Shown here: positions 9,843-21,000 of the stretch, piece after piece
Layout of the letters: every line of letters begins with the position of its first letter
Position numbering within the stretch: position 1 is the first letter of the stretch
Source of the DNA: Psilocybe cubensis
Lineage: Eukaryota
Assembly: GCA_017499595.2 (NCBI GenBank)
Contig: CM039002.1
Location: forward strand, 1,860,001-1,924,000
Direction: 5' to 3'
DNA: 64,000 nt
The notes under the pieces: model-generated
What the model was told of the DNA's origin: nothing
The model's database searches: none
The model's input: only the letters and a program-made list of their open reading frames with translations
Made by a program: the position numbers and the translations under genes

Positions 9843-12800
9843 CAAAGCTATTTTTTTTGTTGCCTCCATCTTTGTTTTTACACAATGAGCAGCTTTAATG
9901 CAGCTTGTCTTTGCCTCCGCCTTTGCCAGATGTGCAGCATTAAAGCTGCTTGTATGTTTGCCTTTGTCTTTGCACAACAAGCAGCTTTAATGCTACTTAT
10001 AGACTTTTCCTTGTCTTGCCACCACCACACCCTTCCTTGTCTCCCTTGTCTTGGATTCATCCAACAACAACAAACAGCAAACAATTTGCTGTTTGCAATT
10101 TGCTATTTGTCTTGCCACTCCATCTCCCTTGCCGCCTTCATTTCCCTTGTCCCGCTGAAGATCGAAGTTTGTGATTGGTTATAAACTATATGTAATCCAA
10201 CAAACATAAACCATAGGGAAAGAGTAGTCCAGACTGGATAGGACGAAACCTTCTCCTAAGTTTCTTAAGGGAGGACGCTGCCTAGGATTTAAGTAGATTA
10301 GGATGGTGTGGATTGTGAAGGGTAACGAAAGTGAAATGGTAAGAAGAGGATAACCGGGCCGTCTGGGTACAATGGTAAATAAGCCTTCCAAAAATGGGAT
10401 GGAATCGTGAAATTGGATGGCGGGTGTATATGGAAAGCATGAAGAAGATGTATAAAATGCGTATGAGAAATCAATAAATGTGAATCTTAGAGGGGTGGTC
10501 GGAAGTGAGTGGGGAATATTTCAAGGGGAAATGAGGAGATGATTGGGAGTTGGAACATCGTTAAAGGGCTGAATTTTGGGGATGGTGAAGGTGTCCTTAA
10601 ATTGACAATCTTTCTGATGCTTGGAATGAAGCTATACGTTGCAGGAGTATTTGACTGAATCAAGGATGAAAGACTAAGTCTGTCTCAAATAAAATCGCTC
10701 CAGATGAGTTGACGGAGGGAAAGGATGTCTTGGATCCACTTCTAACGGCAATGGTTGGAAGGTGTAGAAAGAGTAGGAGCGGTGATAAATTGGATGGGGG
10801 AGAGGAAGTAGGGAGTACTGGATGTCTGGATAGAAGTTGGATATTCAAAGCTGGGAAGAAAAGGTGTTGGAGGAAAAGGAAGACTGGTCTCGGATAAAAT
10901 CCTCTGTCAATAGAAAGCGAGATGACTTCGGATGAATGGAAGTAAACTTGGTCTTGACGGAGGGTGGAACTGATGACTGAATTGGACTTGGGTTTGGGCT
11001 TGGCTTGAACTTGAGCTTGGAATTGAAATGAATCGATGTGGATTGACTTAAAATTGACTTGACTTGGATGAAAATTGACTTGCTTTGAAGAAAATGGGGA
11101 CTGGGTGTAACTTTCCTGTCATTTCATGTAATTCTACTATAGCTTTTATACTAAAAGCTACGTGAATGAAATACCAATCTGAGCTACTGAAAACCGAGTC
11201 ATATACTGTACAAAGTGTTAAAAATGAGGCTATGCAAGTGTAACAATAAGCAAGAACAATAAGACATGTCAATATTGACACGACAACAGATAAGAAATGA
11301 ATAGGATGAGTAAGAAAGAAGTGTACGACGAAGGTGAATGGTAATACAGATTAGATAAAAGAAGCAAGGATGAGTCAGAAAGCATAGAAGATTGATAAGA
11401 CAAAGACAATAAAAGCGCAACAGACAATAGAAAAGATATAAATAAATACAAAAGGATGAGTAAGACAAACCAAAAATAAGTTGGAATGAGTAATCCGCAG
11501 TCTGACGCTGAGTAAGACCATTGAGTTGATAAAAATAGAGTTGACAGTCTGGCTGTGCAAGGCAGTATAGAAAGCTGTGCAGTTTGATGGTTGACTGATC
11601 CGTTGCATAGCCTTGATGATCCGATGAAGTGACATGATCCGGAATAACATGGCTCCCATGTAATGAGTGTTGATAAGATAAGATGAGTGGATGACTTATG
11701 GAAAGAATGACTGCTTGGGTTGAGGGCGTCGTATGTAGATCCAAAATGAACATCTTATCTCCAATCAGGATTGGAGTATGATACCGCAGCACTTTGAACA
11801 CATAGTGTCTTATTGCCTTTTGTCCCGTAGCAGGCTTCAAAGGCTTGCTACCCCACCCAGACTTGTCTCCCTAACCAATAATGACAAACAGCAATTGGTG
11901 CTGCTTGTCTTGTCAGGCCATCCCTTTCTTGTCTCCCTTGTCTTGGTCACCGCCCCACCCACCCTTGTCTTGGGTCCAGCCAAAGATGACAAGCAGCATT
12001 ATTACTATTTGTCTGTCTTGCCACACCCACCCTTCCTCATCTCTGGTCTAGCCAAAGACAATGAGCAGCATTATTGCTGCTCGTCCATCTCACTGCACCT
12101 TGTTTCCCTTGTCTCGCCACCCACCGCCCCTACCCTTTCTCGTCTCAGATCCAACTAATAACAATGAGCAGTATTGTGCTGCTTGTCGTTATCGGTGCAC
12201 TAGACCCTCCACCTTTGCCAAGATGAGCAGCATTAAATGCTGCTTGTCTTGTTGCCTCCACTCTCCGTCTTTGCCAGACAAGCAGTCAATGCTGCAATGC
12301 TACTCGTCTTGGCTGCTCATTATTGCCTGCAACCTCTGCCTTTGCTAGACAAATAGCTAGGCCTGCTGCTTTGCCTTGTTGCACCTCGCCTTGTTGCTAT
12401 GGTTACCTCCCCCTCGTCTGTCTACCACTACCTTGTCTTGTTGCTACCACCACTTCATCTCTTTGCCGCCTGATCTGTTGAGAAGACAAGCAGTTAAAAC
12501 TGCTTATACCCCATCCTTCCTTGTCTTGGGTTCAATCAACAACAACAAGCAGCAACAATTGCTGCTTGTCTCGCTACCCCAAACCTCCCTTGTCTTCCTC
12601 ATCTTGGGTTTAAAAGACAAAAACAAGCAGCAATTGTTGCTGCTTGTTTTGCCACCCTCTCTCATCTCGCCACCCCACCTCTCTTGTTTCCCTTGTTCTG
12701 CGGCACTTCAAATGCTCAGCCGCCTCCACCTCAAACCAATGGAGATAAGCAGCTGCTTGTCTTCTTGCCTCTAACCCTCCACCACCGTCTTATTTTTGTC

Positions 12801-12948
12801 TGGCCACTTCTTGCCTCTTCCCTTGTCCACTGCCTCTACTCCGCCTCCACCTTTATCCATATTGCTTTGGTGTTGGTTGGCTGGGTTAGACAGCAGCAAA
12901 CCAATGACAACAAGCAAGCCTGGCCTGCCATATTGTACTCTGGTACCC
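9843..12948. repeat. Array of palindromic hairpin units (inferred consensus GACGAGCAGC-N0-8-GCTGCTCGTC) with C/T-rich spacers, interrupted at 10156-11839
   Basis: Units near 9885, 9929, 9977, 10070, 11883, 11988, 12061, 12164, 12222, 12277, 12348, 12485, 12545, 12623 and 12744. Most variants are CpG-decay products of the consensus. A split unit is also at 13-25/350-357. Confidence 0.8.
10156..11839 (-). mobile_element. Putative long solo LTR (1.68 kb)
   Basis: TGAAG...CTTCA inverted termini sit where the hairpin array stops and resumes. TATAAAAG on the minus strand at ~11150. No recognisable protein domain. Flanks CCCGC/AAGGC do not match, so no TSD. Confidence 0.5.
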
Positions 12949-13121
12949 TTAAATAGCATATTTGAATAGTTACATATTTTGCAATGAAATTATTAATAAT
13001 TTTATTACTTCAACATTTGGACTGCATGTATTATGTCAACACCCACTTGGCCCATGACTATTCAAACTCAAATTGAAAGCCAAGTTCAAACAACCTACTT
13101 TGTTTAAAATTATGAAAATAT

Positions 13122-13297
13122 TTGTGTTAAAAGTTTGGTTTGAACCCAGTTCTCACTGGGAGGCTCCATGGCCAAACCAAGAACCAAACCAACAGAAATG
13201 TTGGCCAAACTAGAACTGGACTAAACCCAAACCGTTGGTTTGGTTTGGCCGGTTCTCAGTTTTTGCATCTGTTCAGAACCAAACTTTGGCATCCCTA
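13122..13297. mobile_element. Decayed MITE, hAT-like
   Basis: Right end reads TAGGGATGCCAAAGTTTGGTTCTGAAC on the minus strand; left end TTGTGTTAAAAGTTTGGTTTGAAC is a degraded counterpart. Many internal AACC/GGTT subterminal motifs. No TSD seen. Confidence 0.5.
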
Positions 13298-16200
13298 AAA
13301 GAGCTTATATACAAATTAAATGTCGTAACCTATTAGTTTGAACAAAATCTGGACTCTGGAATTATGTTATAGCATTATGGCTGTATTACTGGTTACTTGA
13401 CTGTAATATCTAATAAGTGGATGGGCATAAAGTCTAAAAAATGCCTTGGTTTGCTTTCTCCTATTCCTATCTTGTTTGACTTGGAAATCAACAAAATTTT
13501 GGTGATTTTTTAAATGGTTCAACACTGGGTTCAATTATGAAAAAAATAAAAATATCTGAATTTTCCGTCCAGCCATGCTCTGGCCTCTAGAGGACAGTCT
13601 AATCCTTTGTCTGTATTGTATATAATTGACTGTCTTTTATATTCCTCTTTGACTTTTTGATGTCTTTTCTGATATGTTTTGATATTACAAATATAAATAT
13701 TTCAATCCTTTGATTACTTCTAGACCTTATGATGCAGAAGCTTAACACAAAGCAGTCCAATGTTTTATGACCTACTCATCACTATTTTATCATGTTTAAT
13801 ACAATAAAATTAATTCACCCCAGTCTTTGTCCACAGTGTTAACAAGCATATTACTCAGTTTTGAATTATATAAATGCATATATATACCAGTATATTATTT
13901 TACCTCAACATTCTATTTAAAACAATTGCATAATCAGGCAAAACTAATAAAAAATAGCAAATTTGATGGGTACATCTCAATTTGGAAATTATTGCCATTT
14001 GTAGACTCAAAATTTAAACTCCAATCAATATTATCAGCTCAATAGCAGTGTTTATGGGCCAAAAAAGAAAAAAAAAAAGAAAAAGAAAAAGAGGAAAAAG
14101 GAAGGAGAGGGAGAGTGACTTGTACGGTCCACATCTACTACTCTTCTTTGCTAACCAACGCTAATTCACCAAAAAGTGTCCAGCATGTCTCTGAACTAAT
14201 ATAACATTTCAGATACTCACTTAAATGGTTCATCTAAATCTGAACCAGCCCATCAAATATAGCTAGTTGTTTCTTTTTCTTCTATTTATTAGCTAGATAC
14301 CCGCTTAAATCAAACCTGCTCTAGGATTCAAGAAGTTGACATTTGTGCATGTAGATTACATTTGTGCATGTAGATTAGATTAGAACTACTACACATTTTA
14401 TTTGACTCCAGACCATCCTTCCTAGCACGGCTTGCTTGGATGCTTTGTGTTTCTTTCCTTTGTAGGACATTCAACCTTACTATAATCCTAAGACAGATTT
14501 TTGCAGTTGTTGACTGTTTGGCTGCCAGTGCAATCACTTAATCCACATTTGCGGCACATCCTTTCCTTGCGCAGGTATTTGACCAGCTTTAGACGCTGAA
14601 TTGATTTGAGTACATGTTGGCGTGCCAACATTTCAATCTGATTTTGTTTGTCTTTGTAGCTGTGGTTAACTGCTACAGTGTGATGAGATGCAGTATCTAA
14701 TAGCTGTGACTCAGAGTTAGATGGCATGGTTAAATTTGAACTTGATTCAGCAATTTCCGTGTCATTATGAGCATTATCAATAGTGCTGTATGAGTGGTTC
14801 AATTTGATAAGGCCTTTTGTGGACAGAATAGAAGGTTGAAGTAGCCTTTGAAGTATGGCAGGCGCCTATTTGGAACAATTTGGATCATAGATTAGTGTAA
14901 ATATTGGGTGTCAAATATCAGCCAAAAGGGAAAGGATTTCTGAAACATGCAATAGAGACTTCCATTTTGAATAGTAAGCTTTCAGATGTTTAGAAAGCTA
15001 TAAACATGATGAATAAGTAGAACAAACAATGAATTAAATAGATTATATGCACACCTTGTACCAAATGTCTGCCTTCACTTCAGCATGTGCATTCTATTCC
15101 TGGACAGCTTGGGACCATTGAGGTTTGCCTAATATTGGGCTGAATGCAGAGTTTTGAGAGGTTATCAAATCACGAAAAAGCTTTTTCTCATCAGCAGTAT
15201 AAACAGGAAGGATAGTTTGGCGCGTATTTTGAATGTGTGCCAAAAATAGATGTTTTTGTGTTGGCTCCAACTTTACTTCAGTAACTTTCTTATTGAAGGG
15301 AAGAATGCCGCTATTTTGCCGTATATCTTCTGGAATGAGAAAAATTCCAATTGCTTCCTTGGTTGGTATATAGAGATTGCTGTTTACCCATCTCCTAATA
15401 TGTGTTAGACTAATAAGCATGTCATTTAACGTGATAAGCAGTTCTTGAAGATGATTGGTAATCCATATTGAAAAGTAACCTCTATAATGGCATCCTATTG
15501 AATTAAATGTTCCGGTCTAAGAATTGAATGTGAGTAAACAAATAGGCATTTAGAGATTAATAAAATATACCAGAAGATTGTGTTGCAAAACAAAATCCTT
15601 CAATGATGCTTGAATATGACATATGGATATACCAAACTTGGGAAGCCGGGAGCAAATGTGGGTATGCACATCTCCTTCTGTTGTGTTTGTTTCACATGCG
15701 CATCGGTATATAGAAAATCCACCTGCATTTTCATCAATACCTATGAATAGAAATAGTACAACTTCTGGAGAATTTGATAGATAGCCTTTTTCAATTAGCT
15801 CAAGAATATGTTTTGCAACCTTTCAGTTTTCAGCAGAAAATAGCGGCTTCTTGGTGACAGGATCCTTGATAGATCCATATGTAAGAAAGATCTATGCCAC
15901 AAGCTTGTATAAACATTGTGGAGGAGGTATACTGTACTTGCATTGACGGCGTAACCAATCTGGGTTTGAATTTCTAAAATCTTCATAAGTATGGGGAGGA
16001 TTTAGCCAGGCACCATAAGCATTGATCCTTGCTTTGTCTTCTTTATTGGGAATAAAAATAGCATCATGTAGCTCTCGGATGAATTGTTTTTGCAATCCAT
16101 GAGTTGCAGAAATATATAGCATATGAAATACATGCCATACATTTTTGAGAACACAGCTGTAAACTATATTGTCCCAAATCTCAGAATCATCTCCCAATAT

Positions 16201-16305
16201 TTCTAATCCAAGTTTGGCACTAGTAACATCAATATCTGGTGCCAAAGTCATAGTTTTGGGGCCATCTGAGAGGTCTTGGGAAAGCAAATCATTCCCAATA
16301 GGTAA

Positions 16306-16506
16306 GGCCCCATTCAGTAACTCTGTTAGAGTTGGTTAGGTTAGGTTTTTCCCTGCCAAATTTTGCGCCAAGCCGAGCCAAGTTGGTTACCTCTGGTTAC
16401 GCCTGTTATGCTATGTCACTTTTTGGCAGGCAAAACCATGACAAATCGTGACAAAACCTGACAAAACCTAACCTAACCAACTTTAACAGGGTTACCAAAT
16501 GGGGCC
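16306..16506. mobile_element. PIF/Harbinger (Tourist-like) MITE, 201 bp
   Basis: ~40-bp TIR GGCCCCATTCAGTAACTCTGTTAGAGTTGGTTAGGTTAGG with its reverse complement at the right end; TAA TSD at 16303-16305 and 16507-16509. Confidence 0.88.
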
Positions 16507-17747
16507 TAAGAGATCATCTTGGATAGCATTGTCAATCAATCCCAATTTTTCAGACCCAGATAGAACAGTTTGTGAGTCACAGTTAGAATTTAGCAAATTG
16601 GACTCATTTGTTCCAATAGAAAGGCCGGGATTATGCATCAAATCACAGTTGCTAGTTGTAGAATCTGATGATTGAGATGCAGAAATTGCATTATAAAGGC
16701 GGCAATGGTTGCAAAGGCAAACAAGGGAGAATGGTATTGCTCCAAAGCTGTTTAGTGATTGTTTGCAGTGACTAGCAACAAGAGCACCCGGGACAATGAC
16801 TTTTGTTACATCAATAAGGATGCAAGTTGGTAATATATTGATATCATTGTACTTCTTAAGGCCATGTAATTAAGATATCTTGCCTTTAGCAATAATTGTT
16901 GTGTTATCCTGACTATAAAAAAAGATACACATCAATGGATCAAGCAAAGATGGTAGGGAAGTTGGAATTTGAAGCTTATGGAGCTCTTGGTAGATGCAAA
17001 GTGATGCATAGCCATCAGTAGCAGCATATTGAATCTGCTCCAGGGACAAAATTAAACTCTTTCAAGCAGTTTTGACATGTTTAACGAGTCGTTTCTTGAG
17101 TAAAATAGCACAAAGGTTGGTGAGACTGGCTTTAGAAATATTTGATATAACATTCCATTCTTTGGCGTATTTTGCAAGATCAAGCACTCCAACAAAGGCA
17201 AGTGGCAAGTGGCATGACTCTTGTAAATGTGTGAGATCAGAAGCAACCATTTGTCCCAATTTTAAAATGCGTAGGTGTGCAAAAAAAAGCTTCAGCTGAT
17301 AAGACGGTTCTCCTTTTGCTACCATCTACTGATCTATTAAAATATCATATTAGCATAGTGTCTGCGGTTTAGAAAATTTAATATTTACATATCTGGAATA
17401 GGTAGATACAATTGCAATGTGCAATCTGAATAATTGCTGTTTTACTGTGCTGCTCAACTTGCCTGTAATTGGATACTTCAAAGTTCCATTCTGTTTTAAA
17501 CCCAATAACTATGATGCCGGTGTCCTGGGGCACATTGTTCATGATAGAACGAGCTGCATTGTCAATTGATTGAGCAGTGTCTTTTGGAAGAATAATTACT
17601 TCCGGAGGGAATTCAAAAAGATCCAAGTTGCTATATTTTTCTGTAATGCCTTCTTGCAGAGACGGGAAGCAGCGCTCTAGATAGTTTTTGTTGCTGATAT
17701 TATCAGTGTAAAATACACAAGGTGGAGTGTTTCCATAGAGGGCAAGA

Positions 17748-18039
17748 TAATGGAAAAGTAATCTCAGTACGATAGAAACGAACTTATATATTTAGTAGAT
17801 ACTACCTAATGGAAAAGTAATCTACGTTAAGAGTAAGTAAGATTGAACAGAACACAAGTAAGTTAGCTGGCACACACCTCAGTACGATAGAAACGAACTG
17901 AAGTGGTGCCATTTCGTCAAAACGAATATAAGTAAAATTGTCTTGAATGTAACAAATAACCGAAGATGAATGTAACACAAATTGTCCATAGTCCAGACCG
18001 CCGTCACGAGGACGCGCCGGTCAGTTTGCCAATCCAACA
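17748..18039 (-). repeat. Copia 3' LTR
   Basis: Direct repeat of 22714-23005, next to PPT at 18040-18049. Confidence 0.95.
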
Positions 18040-18046
18040 CTCCCCC

Positions 18047-21000
18047 TCAAACTGCGGCGCGTAAACCCATTGCGTTCGCAAAGTGCTTTGCTTTCGCGCT
18101 CGGAAGAGCCTTCGTGAGAGTGTCAGCAGTTTGGTCATCGGTAGGGCAGTAAATCAACTTGATAGAGCCGGAGTCGATAATGTATTGAATAAAGTGGTAA
18201 CGAATATTGATGTGCTTTGTGTGTGCGTGATATTGATCTCCGTGAGCGAGAGCGATGGCCGATTGATTGTCGCCGTAGAGTGTGGTGGGGTGTACTATCT
18301 TGATATTGAGTGCGCTAAAAATATTGTTAACAAGGCTGCGTAACCACATGGCTTCCTTTGAGGCGTGGGTAGCGGCTACGTATTCGGCCTCGGCTGTCGA
18401 CAGGGTGACCAATTCCTGCTTTTTCGACGACCACAACACAGCTCCTCCATCCACCACAAACACGTACCCCGAAATCGCCCTCCTGTGGTCTTGCGACGCC
18501 CCATCTGCATCCACGAAACCCACCATGTCCCTTTTCTCACCGCCATACGTCAATGCCAAGTCTTGGGTGCCCTTGAGGTACCGAAAAATCTTCTTCACCG
18601 CCTCCCAGTGAACCCACGCTGGGTTGTCAACGAATTGCGCCACGGTATTTGTCGCAAACATGATGTCGGGTCGCGTTCCCATTGACGCGTACATGAGCAA
18701 GCCCACTGCTTCACAATATGGTACGTTTTTCATCCGTGCAATGTCTGCAAGAGCGGTCGGGCATTGTGACCTGGCAAGTGGCTGACACGGATCCATAGGG
18801 ATAGCACTTGGTTTCAGATCGTCGAAATTGAAGCGTGTCAAGATGGTGTCGATATACGCATTCTGGGAGATGGAAATGGTCTTGTTGGTAGTGTTGCGAG
18901 TGATCTTGAATCCGAAAAGCCATTTGCATTCACCCAGGTCCGTAATCTTATATTTCTTGTTGATTTTGACCTTAAATTGCGCAATTAGTGGCATTGAGCT
19001 CCCCGTTACCAGACAATTGTCAACGTGTACCCCCACAATGACGATTTTGCCGTTCACCATCTTCACGAATACACCCGGATCCGCCTCCAACACCCTAAAC
19101 CCCAACTCCCCCATTGCCTTTTTCAGCGCCTCGTACCAATTCCTCGCATCCTGCTTCAATCCGTAGAGTGCCTTGTGAAGGCAATACACGTAGCGACATG
19201 AATCCGTTGCAAATCCGCGTGGCTGCTCGAGGTAAATGACCTCGTCTTCTTCCAGGTTCGAGTTCAGGAACGCGCTATCAAAGTCGATGCTTTCGAGTGG
19301 CCATCCGTTGCGGTTAGCGAGTGCAATCAGGTATCGGAAGGTGGGCAGGCGTGCAACGGGTGCGAAGGTCTCGGTGTAGTCCACGCCATGGATTTGGGTA
19401 AATCTGCGTGCGACGAGACGAGCCTTGTACTTGTCAATCTCGCCTGCGGCATTCTTCTTGATGCGTAGGACCCATTTGCTGCTGACGACGTTAGCGTTTG
19501 GTGGGCGTTCAACCATCTTCCATGTCCCGTTCGCCTCGAGTGATGCAAGCTCGGCTTTGATCGCGGCCTCCCATTTTGGCCAGTCGGATCTCCTTCTCGC
19601 TTCGTCGTATGTCGGGTTCAGCCCCTCAGCTGCATCCATTGCAGTTGCCATCGCAAAATCCATCGCCTCAACAATGTCCCATGCATCCGCCAACAGCCCT
19701 TTATTACCTGCACCCTCAACACTGGCCTCGCCTTCCTCGTCCTTCTCGGAAACCTCTGGGACAACCTGGAGACTGCGCGGGAACTGGCTTGCTGCAGGTA
19801 AGTTGCTAACTTTTGCAACTCCCTGCCAAATGTCTCTGACGTACGCGCTCTCCTTTCGCAGCCGTGTACTTCGACGTAGCTCGGATTCTGCTGTAGTAGG
19901 AGTGTTGGTGTTGGGTTTGGGAATGTTTGGGGACATGTAGCGCTTGGAATCATCCTCACGCTCGTTGTCTGACTCCCCCTCAAGCGGTGTGTGTTCCAGT
20001 ACTACCTCATCTGGCATAAATCTGACACTTCGCTCAACTAACACAGATCTCTTTTCTGTATAGTACACCCGGTGGCCGTGGCTTTCTTCATCAAACCCGA
20101 CCCACTTTCCTTGCTTTGCTCGACCATCCAGCTTCGAAGCGCTAGTATCATGCACCCACACGTCACAGCCCCATGGTGGAATGTTCGAAATGTCTGGCTT
20201 TTCACCCGTCAACACCTTGTATGGTGTTGCTTCCCCAAGCGCCTTTGTTGAGGTGCGGTTCTTCAGATAGACCGCATGATGCATTGCCTCACCCCACAAA
20301 AACTTTGGTAGGCCACTGTTGTGTCGCATTGCACGCACCTTGTCGAGGAGTATGCGGTTGAGGCGTTCCGCAACGCCGTTGTATTCAGGGGTGTCATGTA
20401 TGGTGAGTCTTCGAGTGGTGCCGGCCGCCTTGAGATGGGCTGAGAATTCATTACTTAGATATTCTCCCCCTCGGTCACTGTGGAGTTTCTTAATGGGGGC
20501 GTCAAACTGGGTCTTCAGCCAGGCTTCAAACTCGCAGTAGTGCTGGAAGACCTCGTCCTTGGTGTGCATCAGGTAAATCTTTGTGAACCGAGTGTAGTCG
20601 TCTGTGAAGCTGACAAAGTAAGACTTATGGTTAATAGTCTCCACAGGTGCATCACCCCACACATCCGAATGGATCTCCTGGCCAAGTTCCGTGGCCTGCT
20701 CCTCCACCCGCTCTCTTGCTATTGGCTTACGATGGGCCTTCCCCCACTCGCACAATGGGCAAAACGACGGCTTGCTGTCCTCATCAAGCTCGACTCCAGT
20801 CACCAGGCCCTTCTTGACGAGCTTCCGCGCTGCATCATGGCTGATGTGCCCCATCCGGCGGTGCAATTCATCAATGGTCAACACCTCAATAATGCGCCCA
20901 GCGTATCCTGCCACTTCTGGACGTGCTGTGAACACACGGTAAAGTCCGTTCTGCACCTCAATTTTCCCCAGCATCTCACGCGATCTGTTGTAGATCCGAC

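Noticed and set aside
9843-12948. CRISPR array
   Set aside because: Eukaryotic context with no cas genes; repeats are degenerate, spacing is irregular, and spacers are low-complexity and related to each other
16330-16480. TTAGG/CCTAA telomere-like repeats
   Set aside because: Only 2-3 units, part of the MITE TIR, and not the fungal TTAGGG repeat
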